Source: Nitrosopumilus sp.
GTDB lineage: Archaea > Thermoproteota > Nitrososphaeria > Nitrososphaerales > Nitrosopumilaceae
NCBI GenBank assembly: GCA_965223425.1
Contig: OZ245003.1
Location: 1,376,001 to 1,440,000 of the forward strand
Length of the DNA stretch: 64,000 nt
Reading direction: 5' to 3'
Positions 1-10,031 of the stretch are shown here, piece by piece (positions within the stretch are counted from its first letter, which is position 1; every line of letters starts with the position of its first letter). The position numbers and the translations under genes are program-made. The notes beneath the pieces were generated by a model that was not told the DNA's origin, made no database searches, and worked only from the letters and a program-made list of their open reading frames with translations.

Positions 1-282
1 TCTAGCAATAGGCTGTGTCGTTATGACGCAGTTAGCTGCATTGCTTGTGAGATTGCTTGTGAGATTGTCAATTTCAAAATGCGATGGAAACAAGAGTTTG
101 TTGCGGCTCCATAAAATCCAAAGCTGTCGAGAGTGAAAGATGAGATTTTGTTTGTAATTGCGCAAGAGGTCTATGTGAATCAAAAGTCTCTTACATTAAT
201 TTGGGCGCAGCATTTTTTGATCACAAAATGCCGTTATTTGCATGGATGACAAAAGCAGAAAACTGCTGACCAAGGCCTACGA

Positions 283-318
283 GAAATAAAGAAATAAAGA
301 AATAAAGAAATAAAGAAA
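283..318 (+). repeat. Short tandem repeat (GAAATAAA)x4.5
   Basis: Read directly from sequence. Confidence 0.9.
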
Positions 319-571
319 GAAAACCCAATTCTAAAAACCAGCGTTGTTCAAAAGTTTCTTTACACTCGTCGATCACAGGCAAATTTTGTTGCACCGTGTT
401 TGGGGCGTGCAGTCACAAGTCATGCCGGTAAACCACCTCCCGTATGTCGCGGCGTGCAGATTGGAATGTCTTTGCTGCCCAGCTCCCGTTTCCAGCAGGC
501 AAAAGGATGATGCCAACATCGTCCAACCAACCTCAGAACCCGGCTGCGCCCTGCGACAAAGTGTCGGCAAA

Positions 572-2242
572 CTAGAGGTGCCGGATCTCCTCTAGGAACG
601 CGTGCTTTTTTGAGTTCCTGAACCTGATCTCACTTAGAAATTCCCGAAACCCGGTGCCGTGTCCTGGAACCGACCTCATCTTTTTGAGATGTGCTGCAAA
701 GTTTTTGTAGCTTCTTCTGCCCTTGCCGATGCCCATCGAAGTCAGCAGGCTTTTGTATGCCCGGTGATACTGTTCAGGATATCTGCTGCATAACGTAAAG
801 TGATACTGCTCTAGAGCCGCAAGATCCCTGCTTTCCATAATTCTGGAGATGGCCCGGTCAAACATTTTCTCTCTTACCAGCATGTCGACTATAACAGTAA
901 ATGATCCCGTATAGTTTAGGTACTCTATCATGGACTCTACAATGTCGTCCCAGTCCTTTGAGATTCTCTTTAGCCTGTTATAGTGCCTCCACTCCCCAGT
1001 CTCAAGGAACAGATCCTTGAGGATCTCGCCATACATCGGGTCTGACTTTTTGTAGATCTGGCCGATCTTATTGTAAATCCCCGGAAATGCCCTGATGCCC
1101 TCCACTGCGATGCGCACTGCCGCACTTGGATCCGTTCTGCTCAGGCGCCGGACATATTCTGTGCAGATCTCAGGGTCGTCGCGGTAATGTGCCTTATATG
1201 ACTCGTTTAGGGCAGCATCGTCTCCCATTCTGCCAAGCAAACTGATCTTTGCGCGTATCAGGCTTGCCGTCTTGCCGTATTTGTTATATCTATTCTTGGA
1301 GACATGCACGCCAGACAGGGCAGTCTCAATCATGCCGCACAGGTACTCTAGATCCTGAATTCCGGTACACATCCCCTCCAGGGCTTGTTGCCATACGGTT
1401 CCGTCGTATCTGATCTCGTTTTCACTCCACATCTTGAAGATGTATGCTATGTGCCTGCGCTTTTTCTGGTGGTTTAGGTTCTGTCTGGTTGCGCAGGATG
1501 CGATGCCGCATATGGCCTTCTCTATATATTCCCGGCTGTCTTCTGGATAGTCAGTATCATACATGTTACGTGCCGCGTTTTTGGCTATCTCGTAGTATAT
1601 CCTGGTCGCGGCACTGTGGTCTCCTGCATTGCTGCATGCACTGGCGTCTGCAAAGAACTCATCAAGATCGACTGGTTCGCCCCAGTAGTCGTCCCCATTC
1701 TGCGCGTTGGCGTATGCTGCCTGTATCTCCCTGCCGTAGTCGCGTAAGAGCATGCCTTGCATGCCGCCAAACCGGACAAGAAACTGCTTTCGCACATGCT
1801 CGTCACGGTCAACTTCAGATAGTACAAAGTCCCTTATCTGCTTGGAGGAAATGCTGCTAAGGATGCTTCTGATGCCTGTACTGAAGAGCGCATCGTCTTT
1901 TAGCATCTCGTTGCCGTTGTCCATGACGTAGAGCAGTACGGCAACTATGTGCTTGCAGACGCCCTCATAATCGTACGGACACGTGCAGCTGTAGCTTCTT
2001 TTGCCGGGTCGGAGAGACACATTTACGGCATATTGGTGTGTTCCGGTGACCGTGGCAGTTACAGCGCTTCTGCTTATTCTAGGCGACATCACCCTGTCCT
2101 CCATGTAGTACTCCTCGCCGCGCTCAAAGGATGCCTCAGTAGATATCTCCTTTATTTGTGACGGGGCAAGAAACTTGATCTTTTTTGAAGCGGCATGATC
2201 TGTCCTGTCTGTGCCTGATGCCGCAACCGGGGATCGATTCAT
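572..2242 (-). CDS. SWIM zinc-finger domain protein
   Basis: 556 aa ORF; CTCPY...CKHIVAVLL SWIM motif preceded by SFERGEEYY. Confidence 0.85.
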   Translation of the reverse strand: MNRSPVAASGTDRTDHAASKKIKFLAPSQIKEISTEASFERGEEYYMEDRVMSPRISRSAVTATVTGTHQYAVNVSLRPGKRSYSCTCPYDYEGVCKHIVAVLLYVMDNGNEMLKDDALFSTGIRSILSSISSKQIRDFVLSEVDRDEHVRKQFLVRFGGMQGMLLRDYGREIQAAYANAQNGDDYWGEPVDLDEFFADASACSNAGDHSAATRIYYEIAKNAARNMYDTDYPEDSREYIEKAICGIASCATRQNLNHQKKRRHIAYIFKMWSENEIRYDGTVWQQALEGMCTGIQDLEYLCGMIETALSGVHVSKNRYNKYGKTASLIRAKISLLGRMGDDAALNESYKAHYRDDPEICTEYVRRLSRTDPSAAVRIAVEGIRAFPGIYNKIGQIYKKSDPMYGEILKDLFLETGEWRHYNRLKRISKDWDDIVESMIEYLNYTGSFTVIVDMLVREKMFDRAISRIMESRDLAALEQYHFTLCSRYPEQYHRAYKSLLTSMGIGKGRRSYKNFAAHLKKMRSVPGHGTGFREFLSEIRFRNSKKHAFLEEIRHL

Positions 2243-2319
2243 GTCCTTGGTGGCACATGGAAAGTTTTATCCTTTGTGTGCATGCTATTTGATCTTTTTT
2301 ACAACCGGGATTACCATGT

Positions 2320-3685
2320 CAGTAGTTCCCAGATGTAGATTTACCGCAACCGCAACTGGCATCGGTTCTACTTGCCTCGATCATTGACAAACAACTCGTT
2401 TCTGCTTGTAATGTACACGATAAACAACGCCATGGTGAGTTTTTTTCCCGCAGAAGACACTCTTCCATGCCTCTTTCCCGCATCAAGGCAGAACCTGGCA
2501 ATCCTCCACAGGTTGTACAGCAGCAGCGGCAGGTAAAACATCAGCAGCCTCACAGACAGGGAGTTGCTGCATGTCCTGCCCATGATCTCCTTTATGACGC
2601 GAAACCCCGTCTCGATGCCCCATCTCTTGCGGTACTGCTCCGGTATGATGCCTGTCATGGCTCTGGCGCTCCTGATGGGAATGTTTGTTGCAAACGCAAT
2701 GTATTGCTCCTCCTCCTCTTCCCCCTCCTTTTTCTTCTTCTTCTTCCTGTCTCTTTTGACAATTACAAGGTTGTAGGTCACAGTTACGCCGTCTTTGTTA
2801 GTCATTGACTGCTGCGATACCTGGCTTGCCTTTCCGTCCTTGTACATCTTGACTATCCTCTTGATCTTGGAGTTCATGATGACAGGCATGATGTAGCGGC
2901 ACCCGCCCTTTCCTGCCTCTGTCATGCAGTCAACGTTGTAAAAGGCGCGGTCGTACAGGAACACAGTCTTTGAGTGTGCGCCCCCTCTGAGGATTTTCGT
3001 GCGTGTTTTGGCTATAAAATCGGCCAGTTTTTCCTTTGCCGGTAGTAGCTTCGATTCCAGGACAATCTGCGAGGAGTCCCTGCCGACTCCGTGCACTGCG
3101 ACATACGAGAGAAACGTGGATGTTCCTGCCCTTGGACGCGACTTTCTTGTATGCTCCTGCAGCTGCTCCCCATGGTATGGTATGTCCGTAACGTCTATTG
3201 CAATGGCGTCGATGTCCTGCAGCATTCCTGCACGGCGGGCGTGCCGCACCGTGCGTGCCAGCGTCCTTGCACACCAGGCCTGCACGTCTGCCGGTTTGAC
3301 GCCACGGACTGCAGACATGACCAGGTCTGCATCAGGCGTACGTGCACCCGTGTCTTGAAGCCTGTTGTGCCGTACGAGGGATTCTACAAACGTGTTTCTC
3401 TCAGACGCCTTGATTAGCACGTCCAGTATGTCATTGCATCCGTATACGGCGTTGTGCCTCTCAGACATTGGCATGCCAAGCTTTTGAAACGACGAGCGCA
3501 GGATTTTAAACCGGTTTGATGTTATATTGTACTGGCGTGCGATCAGTTCGTCATGTAATTCGACTTTCATGACATATTGCACGCCGTAGCCTAATCTGGA
3601 TCTTTGCATTGCAGTTATGCGGTAACGCACCGGCATCTGGGCATAAACCTACATCTGGGCACAAATCTACATCTGGGAACTACTG
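2320..3685 (-). mobile_element. ISH3-family insertion sequence, complete
   Basis: Perfect 23-bp TIR CAGTAGTTCCCAGATGTAGATTT at both ends; ATGT duplicated on both flanks; subterminal CATCTGGG repeats at 3633-3678. Confidence 0.85.
2368..3636 (-). CDS. ISH3-family (IS4-like) DDE transposase; true start probably downstream
   Basis: AIDVTDIPY, LYDRAFY and YRKRWGIETGFRVIK motifs. Confidence 0.85.
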   Translation of the reverse strand: MPVRYRITAMQRSRLGYGVQYVMKVELHDELIARQYNITSNRFKILRSSFQKLGMPMSERHNAVYGCNDILDVLIKASERNTFVESLVRHNRLQDTGARTPDADLVMSAVRGVKPADVQAWCARTLARTVRHARRAGMLQDIDAIAIDVTDIPYHGEQLQEHTRKSRPRAGTSTFLSYVAVHGVGRDSSQIVLESKLLPAKEKLADFIAKTRTKILRGGAHSKTVFLYDRAFYNVDCMTEAGKGGCRYIMPVIMNSKIKRIVKMYKDGKASQVSQQSMTNKDGVTVTYNLVIVKRDRKKKKKKEGEEEEEQYIAFATNIPIRSARAMTGIIPEQYRKRWGIETGFRVIKEIMGRTCSNSLSVRLLMFYLPLLLYNLWRIARFCLDAGKRHGRVSSAGKKLTMALFIVYITSRNELFVNDRGK

Positions 3686-3789
3686 ATGTGTGATCTGAGC
3701 CATATGTTGTCACGGAGTGGTTTGCACTAGTTTGTTGCATGACTTGGATCCTAGGCAGGAAATTTACCCAACTCTTGACTGGCCTGTGC

Positions 3790-4183
3790 GTGCTATGCAA
3801 CAAACTGCCGTGACTGAGATGTATCACCCAGCTGGATCCGACCGTAAGTACCTGCACGAGCCTGAATACCGAAGATCTTCGCCATCCTTGGATATTGCCG
3901 AAGTGTTCAAACCTGTAATCGTGGACAAGGCGATATTTAAGATCGTAGGCAGCAGGATGTTTGACTCTGGTGGTTTTGATGACTCTTTGAATGGGTGTTA
4001 TCTTGGCGAATCAGATAGGAAGACGTTTGTCAAAGAGTATGATGAAAGGCTGGACAGCACCGTCCATGTCTCTTCGCTGAAAAAAAAAACGTAAGCTACA
4101 GGCGGCTGTTGCAGATGGAATGCCACAAGATAGTCAAGTACATTGTGGAGGATGCGCGCTACGTCGGATTCAGACAGAGGTAA
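3790..4183 (+). pseudogene. cas1: cas1 (type I-B-like) 3' fragment, multiply frameshifted
   Basis: YLHEP..RRS.SLDIAEVFKPVIVD, LNGCYL; after the A10 run at 4080-4089 continues VSYRRLLQMECHKIVK; stop overlaps the cas2 ATG (TAATG). Confidence 0.85.
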
Positions 4184-4447
4184 TGTATTGCATAACAACG
4201 TACGACATCAGAGTGGAGCACATTGATGCCGTACGCGTCATAGTAAAACAGCACCTCAACTGGATTCAAAATTCGGTCTTTGAGGGAGACATATCTGTGT
4301 CAAACTTGGCAGAGCTGAAATCCAAGATATCTGACCTGTTAGGTGATAGCGAAGATTCTGTTCTTGTATTTACAGTAAACAGTCCTGCGTGGATAAAAAA
4401 AAGGGTTGCTGGGAATTGATAAAAATACCCCAGATAACATAACCTAG
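4183..4447 (+). pseudogene. cas2: cas2, frameshift near 3' end
   Basis: MYCITTYDI...HLNWIQNSVFEG...EDSVLVF; typical tail LLGIDKNTPDNIT is in a shifted frame after an A/G run. Confidence 0.85.
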
Positions 4448-4657
4448 TTATGGTATTCTGTTTGGCAAACGACTATGGTTGCCGTATCTTTAGAAATTAT
4501 GCGCAATTGGAAGTTTGACAAAAAACTTGTCTTATCATCGAACATTCCTCAATGTCCAAAAAGGATACACGGTAAGACCCATCCGGCCAACAAAGATTCT
4601 GGTGGTTCTGACCGATAATAACTGCACGCAGGTACCGCATTGCCTGGGCGGTTGAAG

Positions 4658-5329
4658 CTAACCCCTCTTTGGCAAAAATGGAATTATAAACCTTACAAAC
4701 TCCATGACGTTCTTTGTCTGCATGTATACTGTGCCAGGACCAGTAATCTCCATTACCAGTGCTTCTCCCCCAAACAAAGTGGTCTTGAAACTGCCGTGTT
4801 TTTTGACTTTGTAGCTTGCAGTAGAGCTCAGCGCAACTAGTTGATAGTTGTCAATTGTCATCTTCTCGCCCACTTGCAGTATGGTCTTTAAAATGCCGCC
4901 CCATGCATTAACAAAGATGTCCCCGCTACCTATTGTCTTTAGCATGAACATGTTGGTTCCAAAGATCCCCCTTGTGAATCCCTGCCATTTGGTATCCAGC
5001 GTCAGCTCGCCTGTGGAGCCAACAAACGCCCCGGATTGAATGATAAATTCCTCGTTTACGTTGATTACCTCGATGTCTCCAAGCATGTTGCCGGTTAACC
5101 CCAGTGTACAGCTGTCTTCTTGCGCAATGAACTCGTTTACAAAAAATGACTCTCCGCCCAGAGCCGCGGCTTTTAGTGATTTGAAGAAACCGCCCTTTCT
5201 CATTTTGGTTTCAGTTACGATGTTGCCTCTGATGTATACCATGGCAGCAGCTTCTGCAGTTACCTTTTCGCCTTTGTTTAGCGCAAACTCGATTAGCCCC
5301 ATCGGGTTTTTTAGAATGTTATATTGCAA
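4658..5329 (-). CDS. AIM24 / TIGR00266 family protein
   Basis: AEAAAMVY, GGESFFVNEF, FGGEALV...GPGTVYMQT motifs. Confidence 0.9.
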   Translation of the reverse strand: MQYNILKNPMGLIEFALNKGEKVTAEAAAMVYIRGNIVTETKMRKGGFFKSLKAAALGGESFFVNEFIAQEDSCTLGLTGNMLGDIEVINVNEEFIIQSGAFVGSTGELTLDTKWQGFTRGIFGTNMFMLKTIGSGDIFVNAWGGILKTILQVGEKMTIDNYQLVALSSTASYKVKKHGSFKTTLFGGEALVMEITGPGTVYMQTKNVMEFVRFIIPFLPKRG

Positions 5330-5404
5330 TGGCCAATCCCAGACTTGGCATAATTTAGATATTTCTGCTATGTTTATTAATCCCTATATCGCTGACAATT
5401 ATAT

Positions 5405-6766
5405 ATGCTGACATTCTACAAGATCATTAAACCATCAGATTTTAGCATCATACTCTTATCTACATTTGTTATTCTATTTAGTGTGTATTCTGTTGATTTG
5501 GCATATGCCGAAGACGCAATGGCCGAAGACGCAATGGCCGAAGACGCAATGGCCGAAGACGCAATGGCCGAAGACGCAATGGCCGAAGACGCAATGGCCG
5601 AAGACGCAATGGCCGAAGACGCAATGGCCGAAGACGCAATGGCCGAAGACGCAATGGCCGAAGACGCAATGGCCGAAGACGCAATGGCCGAAGACGCAAT
5701 GGCCGAAGACGCAATGGCCGAAGACGCAATGGCCGAAGACGCAATGGCCGAAGACGCAATGGCCGAAGACGCAATGGCCGAAGACGACAACAAATCAGAA
5801 GACATGATGATGACTGATTCTAATGAAATTGCAAGGCATTCTCCCCCACTACAGCAACACAGAGATGGAATCCCACTTGATGCTATTCAGTGCAACAGTC
5901 CAAATGAACTGTACATAAGAAATTCTCAGACTCCCATATGTGTCAGAACCACTACCTATGAACGCCTCTTAGAGTACGGCATAGATCTGGCTCCATACGA
6001 CGAATTTGCGGCCAACAAGGCAAAGACAGACATGGTTCAACCCAAGGACGCAGACATGCATGATTCAACCATGGAAGAAACCAGTCTGAATTTAACCGAG
6101 GAAGAAAAGACATACCTTGAAGCCACTCCCACCTTGAGGGTCGCATACGATCCTGACTATCCTCCGCTAGAATACGCTGACGAATCCGGCCAGCTTTCAG
6201 GCTTTACGGCACGGTTCATATTAGAATTTGAAAAAGTTCTCGGAGTCGACATAGAACCGATTCCAATATCCAACTGGACACACGCCCTCGAGTCAATAAA
6301 GAACAGGGATGCAGACGTCATGTTTCTTATAGCAGACGTCGAGGAGAGGCACGAGTATATGGGATTTACAACATCTTATGATACGCTGCCTACCAACATA
6401 ATAACAACGGGTGATCAACCAGTAAGCCCAGAGGAACTTGCCGACATGGCAGTGGTTACCGTAGTGAATTATGGCATAGAGTCTTGGCTTGATGAGAACC
6501 GTCCGGATGTCAACTACAAGTCAGTAGATGACATCAAAGCCGGACTAGACGCGATTCAGGCCGGAGATGCAGATGTGTTTTTGGAGTCGTGGATTGTCGT
6601 GTCCCACAAGGCAGAAGAACTCGGCATTGAGGGCCTGTATGACGCAGGATCCACAGGATACGGCTATGATTTTACCGTGGGATATAGAGGAGACCAGCCC
6701 CTTCTTGCATCCATCATGCAAAAGGCAGTAGATTCCGTACCGGATGTCCCATTTGACGCACAGTGA
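5405..6766 (+). CDS. Exported protein: signal/TM + (AEDAM)18 repeat + short Cys domain + family-3 solute-binding domain
   Basis: N-terminal hydrophobic segment; LTEEEKTYL..PTLRVAYDPDYPPLEY resembles SBP_bac_3/BvgS-type periplasmic domain. Confidence 0.8.
   Translation: MLTFYKIIKPSDFSIILLSTFVILFSVYSVDLAYAEDAMAEDAMAEDAMAEDAMAEDAMAEDAMAEDAMAEDAMAEDAMAEDAMAEDAMAEDAMAEDAMAEDAMAEDAMAEDAMAEDAMAEDAMAEDDNKSEDMMMTDSNEIARHSPPLQQHRDGIPLDAIQCNSPNELYIRNSQTPICVRTTTYERLLEYGIDLAPYDEFAANKAKTDMVQPKDADMHDSTMEETSLNLTEEEKTYLEATPTLRVAYDPDYPPLEYADESGQLSGFTARFILEFEKVLGVDIEPIPISNWTHALESIKNRDADVMFLIADVEERHEYMGFTTSYDTLPTNIITTGDQPVSPEELADMAVVTVVNYGIESWLDENRPDVNYKSVDDIKAGLDAIQAGDADVFLESWIVVSHKAEELGIEGLYDAGSTGYGYDFTVGYRGDQPLLASIMQKAVDSVPDVPFDAQ
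5507..5786 (+). repeat. Perfect 15-bp coding tandem repeat GCCGAAGACGCAATG x18.7
   Basis: Counted from sequence; no variant units. Confidence 0.97.
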
Positions 6767-6824
6767 TACTAGGACATAATACTTTAGCAAATAACCTGAA
6801 TCATATTTTGCTCAAGTTATTAGT

Positions 6825-7985
6825 GTGATTAAAATCAACCAATCATTGACAGAGCACATGTTTTTACAGGCAGAATCAGTAATGGTCGTACTTGCGGCAA
6901 TAACTGTAGCAATAATAGTCTGTGCAGTATTTTACGGAATTCAACGCAAAAGCATCTCTGAGATAAAGAAGAGCGTGCAGCCTTTAAGCAATCTGGATCC
7001 GAAGATCCAGTATGACGTATCCAGAATAGACAATCAATTAAAGACAGCCTACGATGATCTGACAAATCTAAAGACTACACTGCCACACACAAACGAGGTT
7101 GCAACCGTACAAGAAAACATCCAAAGGCTCTGTACTGATTTTTCAGAACTACAAACAAGCATTATTGAACAAATGAACAAGTTTAAGCTTGGCACCACTG
7201 AAGACCTTAACAAAACAAAAGATGAGATGATAAAAAACGCAACACAACAAGTTACAGAACACGCAAATACCCACTTGGCTGAGAACAGCGTATCAAGAGA
7301 AGAGTTTGAAAATCTCAAAGAACGAATCGAGAAGATGGTGGGTGCAGACGAGGTAGCAGAACGAATGGAAGTGCTGTCATTACTGTTTGATTCGTCCCAA
7401 ATCAAGATATTAAACTGGCAATGCAAGTTAATCAAATTACTCAAAGGTGGATTGGCCCCAGACGCAGAAGAGGACACAATTGTCTCAGAGGGAATTCCAA
7501 AATCAAGATGCAACGAGTTCTTAAAGCAGTTAACCCAGGCAGGAATTGCCGAAACAAAAGAAGTTGAAGCATTTTATCTGGTGCCAGATTACGAATGGAT
7601 TTACAGTTATGTGGATAATCCAGACTGGTTGCAAAAACGGCTTGGCGATGCAATCAAAAAAGAGAGGGAATATCAGCACTATATCAAAAATAACTTGAAT
7701 TTAGTAGAAGAGGGGCTATTGCTTGAAGAGTCCGAATACAAATTGGCCACTGGCAACATTGACTTTATTTGCAGGGATTCATCAGGCAGAGCAGTCGGCT
7801 TGGAGCTAAAATATCCTGTAGCATATACCCGTGACAAGCGACAGATAGCAGGTTACAAAAGTGATTATCTGGAAAAAACGGGCAGCACAAACTCTAGGTT
7901 TATTGTAGTGGCCCCAAAGATTCCAGAAAAACTAAAGGCATTGTTGCAAAGCGATGGATTTGAGTATAGGGAAGTTGAATTCTAG
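6825..7985 (+). CDS. Membrane-anchored coiled-coil protein with C-terminal NucS-like PD-(D/E)XK nuclease domain
   Basis: N-terminal TM; EREYQHYIKNNLNLVEEGL...EY...GNIDFICRD....VGLELK...QIAGY. Confidence 0.7.
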   Translation: MIKINQSLTEHMFLQAESVMVVLAAITVAIIVCAVFYGIQRKSISEIKKSVQPLSNLDPKIQYDVSRIDNQLKTAYDDLTNLKTTLPHTNEVATVQENIQRLCTDFSELQTSIIEQMNKFKLGTTEDLNKTKDEMIKNATQQVTEHANTHLAENSVSREEFENLKERIEKMVGADEVAERMEVLSLLFDSSQIKILNWQCKLIKLLKGGLAPDAEEDTIVSEGIPKSRCNEFLKQLTQAGIAETKEVEAFYLVPDYEWIYSYVDNPDWLQKRLGDAIKKEREYQHYIKNNLNLVEEGLLLEESEYKLATGNIDFICRDSSGRAVGLELKYPVAYTRDKRQIAGYKSDYLEKTGSTNSRFIVVAPKIPEKLKALLQSDGFEYREVEF

Positions 7986-8170
7986 TCTGCATGACACATC
8001 ATTGTCTGGGCTTGGCTGATAAAAGCTCCGTCCTGCTTCCGTGTCAGACATGCTCATGACGGCCGACTGGGCATACAGCAGGCAGGCAAAAGGATGACGC
8101 CAACGTTGCCCAATCAATCTTAAAACCAGGATGCGCCTTGTCATGAAGTGTCGGCAAGCTAGAGGTGCCG

Positions 8171-9315
8171 TAGTAAGTACATAAAAAAACTGAATCATTT
8201 TGACAATTATTTTTGGCCAAAAGATCCAAGACCGGCCATACCGCACACACTGCATGTACAAACAAAAAAAGAGACAGGCTGCAAGGGGGGCAAAATTTCT
8301 GCCAAACACCGGCGTTGCAGACCTCAAAAGGGCATACAAAAAGGAGACTGATCCCAGAAGGCGCGACAGGCTGCTTGCGTACATGCAGCGCAAGGACGGC
8401 GTGCCGCTAGACAGGATCGGAAGGATGCTGGGAAGGCCCAAGTCCACCATATCTGCATGGCTCAACCGCGCACAGGACGAGGGAATGCGCGCAAGGTTCG
8501 AGCGCAGCGGCAGGGGACGAAAGCGTTTGATAGACGGACTGCAGACAAGACAGCTTGCAGCAGACCTGGATGCGGGGCCAGAATCATGCGGCTTTGAGAG
8601 CAGCCTGTGGGATTCCAACCTCGCAAGGCTGCACATCAAGCGAAAGTTCGGCGTGCAGTACAGCAAGGCAGGCGCGCTACAGCTGATCAGGGAGACGGGC
8701 TTTTCGTGGAGCAGGGCGCGTCCAAAAAACCCAAGATCAGCCTCAAAAAGAAAGCAAAAAGAGTTTCAGGAGCGGGCAAAAAAACCCGTTGCAGAAAAGT
8801 CGGCGCAGGGATACACCGTACTGGCCGGCGATGCATCCTCGATTCAAAGGGCACCAGACAGGCCCGGCTACGGATGGAGAAGGCGCGGCAAGCGCGCCAC
8901 ATCCCCCCCTCTGTTTTGTCACGCGAAAGAAGATACATTTGGAGTCCTGTCAGCAAGCGCGTTTTACCTTATGTTTTATGAAAAGTCAAACAGCGACAGC
9001 TTTTGCAGCTTTTTGGAACGGGTTCACAAAAGATTCGGCAGGGTGCTGCTGCTGTCTGTGGACAATGCGTCATATCACAAATCCAAAAAGGCAAGGGAGT
9101 TTCTGGAAAGATACAACGGCGAGACAGTTCTGGAATGCCTGCTGCCGTACACGCCGGAGCTTAATCCCATTGAGATGCAGTGAAGGGTGATAAAACGGGT
9201 ACTGTCTGCAAAGGTGTTTGGCACGCCAGGTGGGATGGAGCAGTCAGTACGCAAGCTGTTTGCCAGAAAGGAGATCCTGCCTGTGAAAATATTCAATTAT
9301 TTAATATGCTAACTA
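8171..9315 (+). mobile_element. IS630-family element A, copy 1 (degenerate; TGG>TGA at 9181)
   Basis: Near-identical to 13243-14384; ends TAGTAAGTACAT / ATATGCTAACTA; DNASYH and PYTPELNPIE motifs. Confidence 0.9.
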
Positions 9316-9795
9316 CAGTAACGGACCAGTGCCGATGCATATCTGGGTTACTGCGCCAAAAAGAGTTATCGACAATTCAACATCCTCGGGTGCTCGGAAG
9401 TTAATTCGGACAAGCCGCTTGCAATCCAGGAAATCCCAAAAAACGCCAGGATTCCAGCAGAGATGGCCGGCATGTACTTTCTGGGGATCTCTCTCTCTTT
9501 TTTTTATCACTGCAAAAGGAACAACCAGGCATCATGCCGACAGATATGCACGTATTGGTTCTGTGACTCTAATTGGGTTCCACCATTCTCACAGCTCTGA
9601 GAATTGGGATTGTATTGGCGCATGATGGGACAATCTAACGTGCAGTAGAGTTCAGAATATGCAAAAACAATCAATGACAAAGGCAACGCAACTGAGAGTA
9701 ATATCGGAGATCTCTTCATCTCACTGCTGTTCAAAAACGTGACAGTGACATGTGTTGCTTTGAGGATAATCATCATCCGTTACCTAAATCTAAAA

Positions 9796-9981
9796 TTAAA
9801 CACCAAATGACTTGGTTGCTTTTTCACATTTGGGGCATGCTGTCCCGTTTATCTTGATCCCGCACTTTCTGCAGTGCATATCAACCCCCATAACATCGCG
9901 TGGAGATGTTTTAATTGCTTTGATAATCAAAATTATTGCGATTAGAACGCCTATTGCAATTACTATTAACACAAATACCAT
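9796..9981 (-). CDS. Small membrane protein with zinc ribbon
   Basis: N-terminal TM, CRKCG...CPKC. Confidence 0.65.
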   Translation of the reverse strand: MVFVLIVIAIGVLIAIILIIKAIKTSPRDVMGVDMHCRKCGIKINGTACPKCEKATKSFGV

Positions 9982-10031
9982 ATATAAGAATACACTAACA
10001 GTGATAAAGAGCTTTAACTTTCCATTTAGCC

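Noticed and set aside
4448-4657. CRISPR array or leader after cas2 (CTTTAGAAATTATGCGCAATTGGAAG at 4488-4513 looks repeat-like)
   Set aside because: Single instance; no second copy or periodicity
5416-5807. Overlapping ORFs (SSAIA)n, (PKTQW)n, (LRLRP)n; the repeat as a CRISPR array
   Set aside because: Shadow frames of a stop-free 15-bp tandem repeat; no spacers
9313-9776. ORF 9507-9776 and neighbours
   Set aside because: No recognisable motif; appears to be a broken membrane-protein gene
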